64,000 nt of DNA, from positions 141-64,140 of the forward strand of contig JANYBL010000057.1 in NCBI GenBank assembly GCA_025360815.1. Direction: 5' to 3'. The notes under the pieces are model-generated. The model was not told the DNA's origin and did no database searches. It saw only the letters and a program-made list of their open reading frames with translations. The stretch's first letter is position 1. Each line of letters begins with the position of its first letter. Below, in pieces: positions 50,912-60,959 of this stretch. The DNA comes from Burkholderiales bacterium (GTDB lineage Bacteria > Pseudomonadota > Gammaproteobacteria > Burkholderiales > Usitatibacteraceae). The translations under genes were made by a program, and so were the position numbers.

Positions 50912-52569
50912 GCCTGCTGTTGGATGCCTTAAAGCGCGCTGAAGATGCTAAACGGTTAAAAAGAAGCGAAGCTTTAAATGGTGATTTGCTCGGCCACGAC
51001 GAGCCATCGGACACGGCGCTAACCTTGGATAACGCAGATCAATTGGCCGTTACGGTCCTTTCGTTAGAGGAGATGCATGCAGAAACAAAGTTGCCAACGA
51101 CATCGTCCGAATCAATTGCAGGAATATTTACGGAGACCTCGGCCAAAACAACATTGATTGATCCGACTGGGGCTGCGAGGTCTTTTTCGCTTGTCGATGA
51201 TGTAGTGCCACCGGCTCTCGTTGCAGCTCCCTCCCCCACGGCAACATCAACCGCAAGCCGCGCTGGGCGTGTCGACAAACCCTCGGCGCTATTGCGAGCG
51301 ACCGGAGCAACTAGCGCCGTCTCAAACCGCACCGCCAATAGCGCGCCCGCCGATTGGAGTGAAAGTGATATTGCCGACATTGCCAAAATCGAAGCCGAGC
51401 AACAGGCCAAACAAAGCGCACAACAACGGGATCAGCGTGACGCTGCGAAAAATATCTTCGCCGCAAAAAAAAATGTTCAGTCGGCGAGCGCTACTGCTTC
51501 CAAAACAAAGTGGCTTTTGCCGCTCATCGCCTTATTGGTTGTTGGAATTGGCGGGGGGGCATGGTATGTCTGGAACGAAGTAAACAAAGTATCGCAACCA
51601 TCTTGGCAGCAGACTGCGTCATCGCGGGCAGCATTGCCACAGCCATCGCTATCCAAAGTGCAGCCGAGCGGGGCAACTTTAACGCCGAGTGTCGCTACCG
51701 CTGTTGTTGCCTCGACGACCGCGCCGGCAACTACAGCGGCCACCGGGATCACCAGCCCAGCAGAACCGGCATCAGTTGACGCAGCTTTACCACCTTTGTT
51801 GCCGCCGCCAGCCAAAGAGATGCCGTTGCCCAAATTGGTGTCCGCGCCTACCGTTAAAAAATTATTTGAGGGTGAATCCCTTACCGAACGTGAGTTGCTC
51901 GCCAAGCGGCTGCAAGCATCGAGCGGCGCCAAGTCGGCCATTGAGGCGCCGGTGAGCTTGAAGCTTTCACAAACCATCGATGTGCCCAAGGTGAACCCGA
52001 CATTGCTCGCTGCTTACGCCGCGTTAAGCAAAGGCGATTATGCCGAAGCGAAGAAACGTTATGGCGACGTTGTCAGAACAGAGCCTTACAGCTTGGACGC
52101 GCAGTTGGGATTGGCAACAGCGGCGGCGCGAACAGGCGACAACGCAACGGCGGCAAAATTCTATCGACAAGCGCTTGCGCTTGACCCACGCAATGGCACT
52201 GCACTGTCCGGACTTATCGCCGTTAGCGGCGAAGTGCCCTCCGATACGCTTGAAACTGAGCTCAAAACATGGGTAGTGAAAAACCCGAATTCTGCGCCGC
52301 TTCAATTTTCCCTTGGCAATTTATACGCGGGCCAACGGCGCTGGACGGAGGCACAACAAGCTTATTTTGATGCGTATCGAATCGATTCAGTAAATGCCGA
52401 TTATTTATATAATTTAGCGGTCAGTTTGGATCAGCTTAATCAGTTCAAGTTGGCGCTCGATTATTATCAAAAAGCGTTGGCTCAACTCGGCCGCAGCGGA
52501 GGGCAATTTGATCGCGCATCGGTGGTTCGCCGGGTTGGCGAACTCAAAGCCAATCCCAAAGCGAACTAA
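50908..52569 (+). CDS. Bitopic TPR-repeat protein (MshN-like) with a GspB-like N-terminal motif
   Basis: The GTG start overlaps the secretin stop (GTGA). The N-terminus is MSLLLDALKRAEDAKR and the TM segment is WLLPLIALLVVGIGGGAWYVW. TPR repeats occupy the last ~200 aa. Confidence 0.7.
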   Translation: MSLLLDALKRAEDAKRLKRSEALNGDLLGHDEPSDTALTLDNADQLAVTVLSLEEMHAETKLPTTSSESIAGIFTETSAKTTLIDPTGAARSFSLVDDVVPPALVAAPSPTATSTASRAGRVDKPSALLRATGATSAVSNRTANSAPADWSESDIADIAKIEAEQQAKQSAQQRDQRDAAKNIFAAKKNVQSASATASKTKWLLPLIALLVVGIGGGAWYVWNEVNKVSQPSWQQTASSRAALPQPSLSKVQPSGATLTPSVATAVVASTTAPATTAATGITSPAEPASVDAALPPLLPPPAKEMPLPKLVSAPTVKKLFEGESLTERELLAKRLQASSGAKSAIEAPVSLKLSQTIDVPKVNPTLLAAYAALSKGDYAEAKKRYGDVVRTEPYSLDAQLGLATAAARTGDNATAAKFYRQALALDPRNGTALSGLIAVSGEVPSDTLETELKTWVVKNPNSAPLQFSLGNLYAGQRRWTEAQQAYFDAYRIDSVNADYLYNLAVSLDQLNQFKLALDYYQKALAQLGRSGGQFDRASVVRRVGELKANPKAN

Positions 52570-52705
52570 AGTGTCCTAAGGCGAATAACGCGGCATAGTT
52601 TGTGGACGATCAATTGGCAGCGCCGATGATAGCAATACCGTATTTGGCAAACGCTGCATTTCAGCATTAACTTTTTAACGTAAGCGGTCGGTAAACGCAG
52701 CAATT

Positions 52706-54421
52706 ATGGATCAAATGAATTCACCGATTTCTCAGCTTCCGCTTGGGCAAAACCTGCTTGCCAAAGGAATTGTTTCGCAGGATCAGCTGAACATTGCGCT
52801 GACTGAACAGCGGAAGCTAAAAACACCACTGGGTAAAATTTTGGTGCAGTTGGGCTTCGCGACCGAAGCGACGATCCGCGACACGTTGTCTGAAAGCTTG
52901 GGCCAGGTTGCAATTGATTTATCGAACACCATTATCGACCACGCCGCGCTGGCGCTGGTTCCCAAAGATATTGCCCGGCGCTATCAAGTGCTGCCAGTGG
53001 ATTATGACCGCCAAAATCGCAAGCTGTTGCTCGCGGTAGCTGATCCCTCCAACGTAGTGGCGCTTGATCAAATTCGCGCCCTGATTAAAGACGATGTTCG
53101 TATCGAACAAGTGCTCGCGCGCGAATCGGACATCTCAATCGGGATCGAGCAGCACTACGGCTTTGAATTGTCGATCGACGGCATCTTGAACGAGATTGAA
53201 ACAGGTGAAATCGACTATCAATCGATCACGACCGACTTCGAGGAATACAGCCAGCCGGTGGTGCGACTCGTGGATGCCTTACTTAACGACGCCGTAAAGC
53301 GGAACGCTTCAGACATTCACTTTGAGCCGGAGCAAGGTTTTTTGCGGATCCGCTATCGAATCGACGGTGTGCTGCGCCAGATTCGCTCGCTTCATAAGAA
53401 TTATTGGAGCGCGATGGTGGTCCGCTTGAAGGTTATTAGCGGGATGAATATTGCTGAATCCCGTGCGCCGCAGGACGGCCGGATATCGCTATCACTTTCC
53501 GGTCGCGCGATTGATTTTCGCGTTTCCGCCCAGCCGACTACGCACGGCGAAAATATCGTATTGCGTATCCTAGACCGGCAAAAAGGGATTGTGCCGCTCG
53601 ATGATCTGAGCTTGCAGGAAAACGAGTTAAAGACGCTGCGCCTGATGATGGCACGTCCCGAAGGCATCATTTTGGTGACCGGGCCAACCGGGTCCGGCAA
53701 AACCACAACACTCTATTCAATTTTGAATCACATCAATACCGAAGGTGTGAACATCATGACGCTGGAAGATCCGGTCGAATATCCGATGTCTATGATTCGG
53801 CAGACTTCGGTCAATGAATCAGCAAAACTTGATTTCGCCTCTGGGATTCGGTCGATGATGCGACAAGATCCGGACGTGATTTTGGTTGGCGAGATTCGCG
53901 ATAAAGACACCGCTGAGATGGCGTTTCGCGCGGCGATGACGGGGCATCAGGTGTTTTCCACATTGCATACCAACTCGGCTATTGGTGCGATCTCACGACT
54001 ACAAGATTTGGGCGTGCTACCCGATATCATGGCAGGCAATATTATTGGCGTGGTGGCGCAGCGACTGGTGCGCAGGCTTTGCACGCATTGCAAGGAAGCC
54101 TACCGGCCCACCGATGAAATGACGCGGAAAATTTTAGGCGTCGGCCCAACATGGAATGGAGAAATTTTCCGTGCAGACGGGTGCGAACAATGCGACAACA
54201 CTGGCTATCGCGGTCGCATGGCGATTATGGAATTGTTTAAAATGGATCAGGACATGGATGAGCTGATTGCACGGCGTGCAACGGGGCGTGAGATTCGCGA
54301 GGCGGCGCGTAAAACAGGCTATCGCACCTTAGCCGAAGACGCGACGGCGCGGGTTCTGGCCGGCCAGACTGACATTAACGAAATTTCACGGACCGTCGAT
54401 TTGACCGACCGCGTTACCTGA
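52706..54421 (+). CDS. GspE/PilB-family secretion ATPase with an MshEN-type N-terminal domain (MshE-like)
   Basis: Walker A is GPTGSGKTTT. Asp-box, Walker B and His-box regions are present. The tetracysteine motif is CTHC...CEQC. The N-terminus carries two xLGxxLLxxG(I/F)xxxxxL repeats. Confidence 0.9.
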   Translation: MDQMNSPISQLPLGQNLLAKGIVSQDQLNIALTEQRKLKTPLGKILVQLGFATEATIRDTLSESLGQVAIDLSNTIIDHAALALVPKDIARRYQVLPVDYDRQNRKLLLAVADPSNVVALDQIRALIKDDVRIEQVLARESDISIGIEQHYGFELSIDGILNEIETGEIDYQSITTDFEEYSQPVVRLVDALLNDAVKRNASDIHFEPEQGFLRIRYRIDGVLRQIRSLHKNYWSAMVVRLKVISGMNIAESRAPQDGRISLSLSGRAIDFRVSAQPTTHGENIVLRILDRQKGIVPLDDLSLQENELKTLRLMMARPEGIILVTGPTGSGKTTTLYSILNHINTEGVNIMTLEDPVEYPMSMIRQTSVNESAKLDFASGIRSMMRQDPDVILVGEIRDKDTAEMAFRAAMTGHQVFSTLHTNSAIGAISRLQDLGVLPDIMAGNIIGVVAQRLVRRLCTHCKEAYRPTDEMTRKILGVGPTWNGEIFRADGCEQCDNTGYRGRMAIMELFKMDQDMDELIARRATGREIREAARKTGYRTLAEDATARVLAGQTDINEISRTVDLTDRVT

Positions 54422-54537
54422 TTAACTTAAACTGAAGCTCATGTACCAGCAACAGCGCAGACAAAAATCCAAACACATACGCATGCAAATTCAACCCCAA
54501 TCAATACAACTGCGAACGGATAAACGATAACAAAATC

Positions 54538-55740
54538 ATGGCTTCATTTGCATATCGCGCGATTGACCAAGAAGGAATGATGCAGCGTGGCAATGTTGAC
54601 GCCATGAATGCGGTCGACCTCGAATTGCGCCTGAGGCGACTCGGATTGGAGCTGATTACTTTTGAGTCGATCAACAAATCGAGCATGCTCAGGGCTAAAC
54701 GCATTAGTCGCAAAGAGCTAGTGACGTTTTGTTTTCACTTGGATCAATTGATGCGGGCCGGTGTGTCAATTATCGATGCCCTGACCGATCTGCGCGATTC
54801 AGCTGAAAACCCTGCCTTTCGTCAGATTGTCGGTAGTCTGTTGGAAGATATTGAAGGCGGTTTAACCCTTTCCAGCGCGATGAATAACCACCCCAGCGCG
54901 TTCGATCGCGTGTTTGTGGCGCTGATTAGTACCGGCGAGCAAACAGGTCAGCTACCTGAGGTCCTAACCAAACTCACCGAAAACCTAAAATGGCAGGACG
55001 AGCTTTCGGCACAAGTAACCAAAGCGATGACGTATCCACTTTTCGCAGGTACCGTCATTATCGGTGTGGTATTTGCGCTGATGATTTTTTTAGTGCCGCA
55101 GCTTGCCATCACCATGAAGGCCCTCACGCCCAATCCGCCGCCACAAACGATGGCGTTGATTGCAGTATCAGCTTGGATGAAAAACTATTGGTATCTCGTG
55201 ATCGGCGTGCCGATTATAAGCGGGGTCACGCTTTTTATCCTTGCCAAAACCAATGAAGAGGTGCGCTACCGGATTGATGCGCTGATGTTGAAGTTGCCGA
55301 TTGTAGGACCATTGACCACCAAAATTATTTTGGCACGATTCTCGACCTATTTTGCCCTGATGTACCAGTCGGGCATCGGCGTGTTGGACTGTATTCGCAT
55401 TTCGGAAAAAATTGTTGGCAACCGCGTAATTGAGGCTGGACTTCAGCGGGTTGGTCGCGAGATCAATGATGGCACCGGTATCACGCAAGCTTTTCAGAAC
55501 GTGCGGATGTTCCCGCCCTTGGTGATACGGATGTTGAAAGTGGGCGAATCGTCGGGCGGACTTGATACCGCGCTGCTCAATGTAAGCTATTTCTATAATC
55601 GCGATGTCAAAGAAATGATGGGCAGATTACAGGAAATGATCCAGCCTATACTCACCGTCGTGCTAGGCGGTATTCTGATCCTGATCTTAGTTACCGTGTT
55701 CTCACCGATGTACGACGTGATTTCTAAGGTGAAAACATGA
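54538..55740 (+). CDS. GspF/PilC-family inner-membrane platform protein (MshG-like)
   Basis: 400 aa with two T2SSF-like repeats (FCFHLDQLMRAGVSIIDAL; FSTYFALMYQSGIGVLDCI) and three TM segments. Confidence 0.9.
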   Translation: MASFAYRAIDQEGMMQRGNVDAMNAVDLELRLRRLGLELITFESINKSSMLRAKRISRKELVTFCFHLDQLMRAGVSIIDALTDLRDSAENPAFRQIVGSLLEDIEGGLTLSSAMNNHPSAFDRVFVALISTGEQTGQLPEVLTKLTENLKWQDELSAQVTKAMTYPLFAGTVIIGVVFALMIFLVPQLAITMKALTPNPPPQTMALIAVSAWMKNYWYLVIGVPIISGVTLFILAKTNEEVRYRIDALMLKLPIVGPLTTKIILARFSTYFALMYQSGIGVLDCIRISEKIVGNRVIEAGLQRVGREINDGTGITQAFQNVRMFPPLVIRMLKVGESSGGLDTALLNVSYFYNRDVKEMMGRLQEMIQPILTVVLGGILILILVTVFSPMYDVISKVKT

Positions 55741-55837
55741 TGTCGACGATCAGCATTTTTAGGCGCGCGGTTTGTCCGTCAAAATTCATGGCTGACATGC
55801 GTTCATTTGCCAATCTGGACCAAAGCGGCTCGACGCA

Positions 55838-57505
55838 ATGAAACACTTTCTTTACCTCACTAACGACAAGCTCATCACGCTCATCTGGAAATCGGGGCGA
55901 ATGGTTAGCCGTGATGTATTTCAAGTTGGCGAGGCCAATTCGAAGCAGTTCCGCGATTATTTGCTCAAGCATCGCGAGGTGCCGACGTATTTAGTAGCCG
56001 ATTTAATCGAGGAAGATTTTCGACTAGACACCATGCCACATTTACGCGGTGGCGATGCCGACACCGTGCTCAGCCGAAAACTGGGGCAGCTCTACCGCGC
56101 AACCACCTTTAGCCACGCCATCGTACAGGATCGTGAACCGGAAGGCCGTCGCGACGATAAGGTTCTGTATCACGCGATTACCAACCCCGATCTGCTTACG
56201 CCTTGGTTGGCTGCGCTGGAAACCAGCGAGGTACCTGTGGCGGGCGTCTATTCATCGCCGGTTTTGTCAGTTCATTTGCTCAACCAATTGGATACGATTC
56301 CCAATCATGCATTGGTGGTTACCATCGTGCCCGATTTTGGTCTTCGACAAACCTATTTCCAGAATAAGCTGATCAAATTTAGCCGTTTAACGCAGATTAT
56401 TTTTGATGAAGGCCGCTCGGTCGGTAGTTTGATCGCCGCTGAAATTAGCCGCACTTGGCAATATTTGGATAGCCTGCGTTATTTTAGCAATGGCGAAGCG
56501 CTAGAGGTATGCGTCTTGGTGCATGAGCGTGATCGTCCGACGATTGCCGAGGCGTTTCGCAGCTTTCCGTTGCTCAAATGCCGCTTCCTCGATATCACTG
56601 AGATCGCCAACAAAATCAAACTAAAGCAGGTCCCCACTACCTCGCACGCCGAAGAAGTGCTCGCCCACCTGTACGCCCAAAATCGGCTTGAAAATCATTT
56701 TGCTCAGCCCGACACCACTCGTTTTGCGGTCTTCCGCAACGCGCGTATTGCGCTTTATGCCGTTACCGCGAGTGCCCTTGCGGCAGGATCGGGTGCGGCT
56801 GGATTCAATCTATATCAAGCATCACAAATTTCGAAAGAAATTGACCGCCGCGATACCACTACCCTCGGCCTTCAAAGCGAATATCAAGCCATTTCTAATT
56901 CCCTCCGTGAATTGAAATTAGCATCGGGCACGGTGCGGGATTCCAGCATATTCTTTAACAGCCAAATCCGCCCGCAACCGGCCGCCCCAGGTGACTATTT
57001 GCGCGAACTAAGCAAGGCGATCGTTGACGCGCCCAAAGTGCGGCTTCTCCAAGTGGTCTGGGCGGTCGGCAATGACGCCAATGCCACTCCATTTTTTACA
57101 CCGATGCCAACCCCGCCGATATTGGATGTGATTTCAGAAACCAAAGCCGATACAAGTTCGCCTTCGGCAGTAGCAGCGATTCTAGGCTCCAGCGCCGGCG
57201 GCATCGCCGCAACCCAAGCCGCGGTGAGCGACCTCAACCCAGCAATGCCAGGTAATAAATTTCACATTGGCGTCATTGAGTTTGCGATGATCTCGTTTGA
57301 CGGCGATTTCCGCAAGCTGCTGTCTGAAATTGAAGTATTCAAAAATCGGTTTAATGAAATCCCCAACATTAAAGCGACCATCGTTACCTTGCCGCTTAAC
57401 TTGGACACCACCGCGACGCTAAAGTCCGGTGCTAAAAAGGACACTGTTGACGCCCGTGAAGCGCGGTTTGTGATTAAGGTTGTCAGTACGGTGGTTGGCA
57501 CATGA
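55838..57505 (+). CDS. Hypothetical assembly protein: cytoplasmic PilM/GspL-like domain + TM + PilN-like periplasmic domain (MshI-like architecture)
   Basis: 555 aa with a single TM segment (ALYAVTASALAAGSGAAGFNLY) near residue 310. A coiled segment and a periplasmic domain follow. The call rests on position after the platform gene and on architecture, not on recognised sequence motifs. Confidence 0.45.
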   Translation: MKHFLYLTNDKLITLIWKSGRMVSRDVFQVGEANSKQFRDYLLKHREVPTYLVADLIEEDFRLDTMPHLRGGDADTVLSRKLGQLYRATTFSHAIVQDREPEGRRDDKVLYHAITNPDLLTPWLAALETSEVPVAGVYSSPVLSVHLLNQLDTIPNHALVVTIVPDFGLRQTYFQNKLIKFSRLTQIIFDEGRSVGSLIAAEISRTWQYLDSLRYFSNGEALEVCVLVHERDRPTIAEAFRSFPLLKCRFLDITEIANKIKLKQVPTTSHAEEVLAHLYAQNRLENHFAQPDTTRFAVFRNARIALYAVTASALAAGSGAAGFNLYQASQISKEIDRRDTTTLGLQSEYQAISNSLRELKLASGTVRDSSIFFNSQIRPQPAAPGDYLRELSKAIVDAPKVRLLQVVWAVGNDANATPFFTPMPTPPILDVISETKADTSSPSAVAAILGSSAGGIAATQAAVSDLNPAMPGNKFHIGVIEFAMISFDGDFRKLLSEIEVFKNRFNEIPNIKATIVTLPLNLDTTATLKSGAKKDTVDAREARFVIKVVSTVVGT

Positions 57506-58311
57506 GTGTGATTTTTTCAAAAAAAGGTTTCCGCGCAATGCGCTTGTCGGTCTTGGTTACGCTATCGGGGGTGGCGGTAGCAACTTTTTTGGCAGGCACT
57601 AGCTATTGGTATTGGCAGTCCGAAAAAAACGGCAACCAGACTTCTTCGGCGCGACAGCAGGATACCCGTACCCGTCTTGAAACGGCCCGCCGTGAACGGG
57701 ATGATCTTCGTGATTCAGAGCAAACCTACAAAGTGTTGACCACTCGAGGCGTGTTTCAGCCCGAACAGCGGCTGGAGTTGGTAGAAGCGTTCGCAGCGCT
57801 TAAAACTCGTCATCAACTTGTTGCATTTGAATATGAAGTTCAGCCGCAACGGCCACTTAAGCTAAGCGCCAGCGTGAGTCTGCCAGCGGTAGATGTATTC
57901 GGAAGCCGGATCAAATTTAAAGCCCGTGCCAACCATGACGGAGACCTTGTGGCATTTTTAGATGAATTCCCGCGAATGCAGCGCGGATTTTTCCCGCTGG
58001 ATCGTTGTGTTATCAAACGAACCAGCGAATCGGAATCCGCCAAAAATATTGCGTCCGTAACCAAGGCGACTGGCCTACAAGCCGCAGTGACAGCGATGGC
58101 ATCTTCAACGGGACTCAACACACCGCAATCCAGTGTTGATGCGGATGAGACCAGCTTGGAATCCATTCTCAAGCCACGTGCGCCGCAGGTCAGCAAAACG
58201 GATTCTGCAGCGCTTGAAGCCGATTGCTCGCTGGAATGGATAACGATGGTCGATAAACAGAAAATCGCTGAATTGCCCAAGCAAAGCAGCGGCGCAACGC
58301 GTTCTCAATAG
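57502..58311 (+). CDS. Hypothetical bitopic protein, PilO/GspM/MshJ-like architecture
   Basis: The ATGA overlaps the upstream stop. An N-terminal TM segment (LSVLVTLSGVAVATFLAGTSYWYW) is followed by a charged coiled segment (RTRLETARRERDDLRD) and a ~110-aa domain. Confidence 0.4.
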   Translation: MSVIFSKKGFRAMRLSVLVTLSGVAVATFLAGTSYWYWQSEKNGNQTSSARQQDTRTRLETARRERDDLRDSEQTYKVLTTRGVFQPEQRLELVEAFAALKTRHQLVAFEYEVQPQRPLKLSASVSLPAVDVFGSRIKFKARANHDGDLVAFLDEFPRMQRGFFPLDRCVIKRTSESESAKNIASVTKATGLQAAVTAMASSTGLNTPQSSVDADETSLESILKPRAPQVSKTDSAALEADCSLEWITMVDKQKIAELPKQSSGATRSQ

Positions 58312-58324
58312 CGAATTACTAACC

Positions 58325-58897
58325 ATGCTGCGATTAACTCTCCCCACTCTTCACGTTTGCGCGCTGGCTCTTGCAGCCGCGAGCGTAGGCGGGGTCTTTC
58401 AAACTAGCGCTATCGCTGCGCCTATTGCGCTTAACCCGCCCGCTACGGTCAGTATGGTTAGTGACGCAGCGTCCAGCAACAGTGTCGCCGTTCCGCCACC
58501 GCCTAAAAATATAAGGAACACAGCCGAGCCAATATCAGGAACCCTATTTTTTACCCGAGAACAACGCGAACGAATTGACCGTGCTCGCAAGCAAGGCGAT
58601 TTCGTTGAAGTCGAAGAGGCGGTTGTGGCGGAGAAGCCGCCCCGCCCGGTGATTAACGGGTTTGTTAAGCGAAGTGATGGCGCCGACGCGGTTTGGATCA
58701 ATGGCCAGCGCATGAACCTTGCAGCGGACGCGGCGGACTCTATTAGCGCCACTGATGTTGGCAGCAGTGCCGCCGCGCAGCGCGTGCAGTTCGTCAGCTC
58801 TTCGGCGAAATTGATGACCCAAACGTATTCATCAGCAAACCGCAAAGCAGTAAAAAAAATGAAGCGGTCGCCCATAAAAAAAGCAAAAAGAAAATGA
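58325..58897 (+). CDS. Hypothetical secreted/periplasmic protein (possibly MshK/PilP-like)
   Basis: The signal peptide is MLRLTLPTLHVCALALAAASVGG...AIAAP. The motif INGFVKRSDGADAVWINGQ lies in the middle and the tail is Lys-rich. Confidence 0.35.
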   Translation: MLRLTLPTLHVCALALAAASVGGVFQTSAIAAPIALNPPATVSMVSDAASSNSVAVPPPPKNIRNTAEPISGTLFFTREQRERIDRARKQGDFVEVEEAVVAEKPPRPVINGFVKRSDGADAVWINGQRMNLAADAADSISATDVGSSAAAQRVQFVSSSAKLMTQTYSSANRKAVKKMKRSPIKKAKRK

Positions 58898-60945
58898 CTA
58901 AGTTGGTGCGCGGCAAGGGTCAAAACCCGCCTGCGCGGGGCTTTGTGTTTCTGCTGATCATGCTGACGATTTTGGCAATTGCAGGCATTGTTTTTTTGAA
59001 TAGCACTGCACAAAATGCCCTGTCGACACAAAACCAATTGAGGCGCGATCAGCTTTCAACCGGCGTGCTCATAGCGGCTAAGAATGCGCTTCTTGGGCGA
59101 TTAATGAGCCCGGCCAACAATACACTTAGACCGGGCATTCTGCCTGCACCGGATTCTCTTGCCAACGGAACTTACGACGGCAAATCCGATACGCAATGCT
59201 TAGGCAATTCTTTAAACGGGCTTCCCGGTGTGGGCGCCAACTCACTCGTCAAGCGCTGTATTGGAAAAGTCCCGTGGTTAACGTTAAGCCTCGACTTGGC
59301 AAACCCGGCAGTAGAAGATCCGCTTGGTCAGGTGCCGTGGATGGCAATATCAGCAAATTTAGCGCCTGATGAAGTTACTTGCCTGCCCGTCTTCAACTCT
59401 GACGTGGCGAATCTAACTTCGCCGGTAACGCCGTCTTGTGCAGGCGTTCCGGGGGTGCAACCGACTGCACTTCCGCATCCATGGCTAAAGGTCTTTGACG
59501 AAGCCGGCAATTTACTTTCAGACAAGGTCGCTATTGTCTTAATTTTGCCGGGCGCACCAATTCAAACAGAAACAAGAAGTCAAAATAGAACCCCTTCTAG
59601 TCCAGGCAATCCATCGGATTATCTGGATTCGATTAACCTTCCGTTGGGTTGTTTGGTGGGGTGTACGCTTTTTGATAATGCAAATTTGACGAATCAATTT
59701 GTCATGATTAAGCCTGGCACTCGCTATCCGTCTGACGCGCCGAACGTCGCCAAACGAGGGGCGGCTGTTCCCTTTAATGACACGCTCATCTACCTCACAA
59801 TTGACGAGGTTATGCCTTATGCAGAGCGGAGAGTTGTAGGACAAATGGCATTAGCGCTTCGTGACTTGAAAGCCAATAGTTCGTTCAGCGCACATCCTTA
59901 TCCTTGGCTAGCTTCTACAAACACATTGCCCACTGCAACAACCAGCCTAGTTCCGCAAGCAGGAATCTATTACGGCCATTTTCCATTTATGACGGACTCG
60001 GCTGCCGGCGCGAATTCCGATTATGCGACTGATTTCGATTGGTCAATCACAGGGCTCATCGATGGCACACTACCAACTTGTGTCAGAATTAATTCTGCGC
60101 CAAATGTCTATATAAAGCCAACACTGCTCAATTCGCTTACGCCCCCTCTCGCGACACCCAATTTGGCAAATGGCGCGGCCACGTCAAATGTTGGGCAATG
60201 TAGGTGGAAAGGGATAGGAAATGTTTCATGTGCACTACAAGCTGGAAAAAATATTACGACCAATTTTCCGGTAACGATGACCACCTATTCAAACAATACA
60301 TGCACCACGGCAACTGGCGCCACTACTTTGTCAATTGCGCGTGCGATAACAGCGCTTCAAATTGACGCAACATGCAGGACTGCGCCGCCGGTTGCACCTG
60401 TAATTAGCTATGTTTCTGCTAGTGCTTCTGATGTGCATCGTTGGAAATGGGCCTGTGGCATCGTTGCCAATACTTCGGCAGCCTCCATTGATGTTTCGGA
60501 TACGATCAGTAATATCGCGACATCATGGAATAGATTGCCTCTCTCAACATCCACTTCATCATTAGGAACGCCTACACAGATTACGGTTGACCGAATGATG
60601 TATCACCCCATCATGCCGGCATGGTTCCATGAAAATTTATGGTATCAAACAGCATTTGCCGCCGTTGCCCCGTCTGCCGCCGCAGCCAATACCTCCCCGT
60701 GTGGTAGCGGAATTAATTTTCTAACGACTGGCGGTGTTACCAAAGTTGAAGCCATCACTGCTGTAGCAGGAAAAAATCTAACCACCAACATACGACCTTC
60801 TTCGTTGATCACCGACTATTTTGAAGGCAATAATGCGCTTGGCAAAGGCGGCGTGATGCCAGGCATTTCTAACTGCGCTTTTGATACGGCGACTTCTCTG
60901 TCAACTGTTACGGCAAACGACCAGTTACAAGTGGTGTCACCTTGA
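58894..60945 (+). CDS. Large Cys-rich pseudopilin-like protein (non-canonical class III signal, no Glu5)
   Basis: The ATGA overlaps the upstream stop. The N-terminus is MTKLVRGKGQNPPARG/FVFLLIMLTILAIAGIVFL. The rest is 683 aa, Thr/Ser/Ala/Asn-rich, with 14 cysteines by my count. I recognise no family. Confidence 0.45.
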   Translation: MTKLVRGKGQNPPARGFVFLLIMLTILAIAGIVFLNSTAQNALSTQNQLRRDQLSTGVLIAAKNALLGRLMSPANNTLRPGILPAPDSLANGTYDGKSDTQCLGNSLNGLPGVGANSLVKRCIGKVPWLTLSLDLANPAVEDPLGQVPWMAISANLAPDEVTCLPVFNSDVANLTSPVTPSCAGVPGVQPTALPHPWLKVFDEAGNLLSDKVAIVLILPGAPIQTETRSQNRTPSSPGNPSDYLDSINLPLGCLVGCTLFDNANLTNQFVMIKPGTRYPSDAPNVAKRGAAVPFNDTLIYLTIDEVMPYAERRVVGQMALALRDLKANSSFSAHPYPWLASTNTLPTATTSLVPQAGIYYGHFPFMTDSAAGANSDYATDFDWSITGLIDGTLPTCVRINSAPNVYIKPTLLNSLTPPLATPNLANGAATSNVGQCRWKGIGNVSCALQAGKNITTNFPVTMTTYSNNTCTTATGATTLSIARAITALQIDATCRTAPPVAPVISYVSASASDVHRWKWACGIVANTSAASIDVSDTISNIATSWNRLPLSTSTSSLGTPTQITVDRMMYHPIMPAWFHENLWYQTAFAAVAPSAAAANTSPCGSGINFLTTGGVTKVEAITAVAGKNLTTNIRPSSLITDYFEGNNALGKGGVMPGISNCAFDTATSLSTVTANDQLQVVSP

Positions 60946-60959
60946 ACGAGGCCAGCAGC

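Noticed and set aside
44851-55837. Sigma-54 -24/-12 promoters upstream of the regulator, mshM-like, ATPase and 55838 genes
   Set aside because: TGGCA-like strings occur near 44980, 45114, 52615, 52645 and 55785. The GG-to-GC spacing is wrong (8-9 or 17 nt instead of 10). Only 48604-48619 has correct spacing, and even that is weak.
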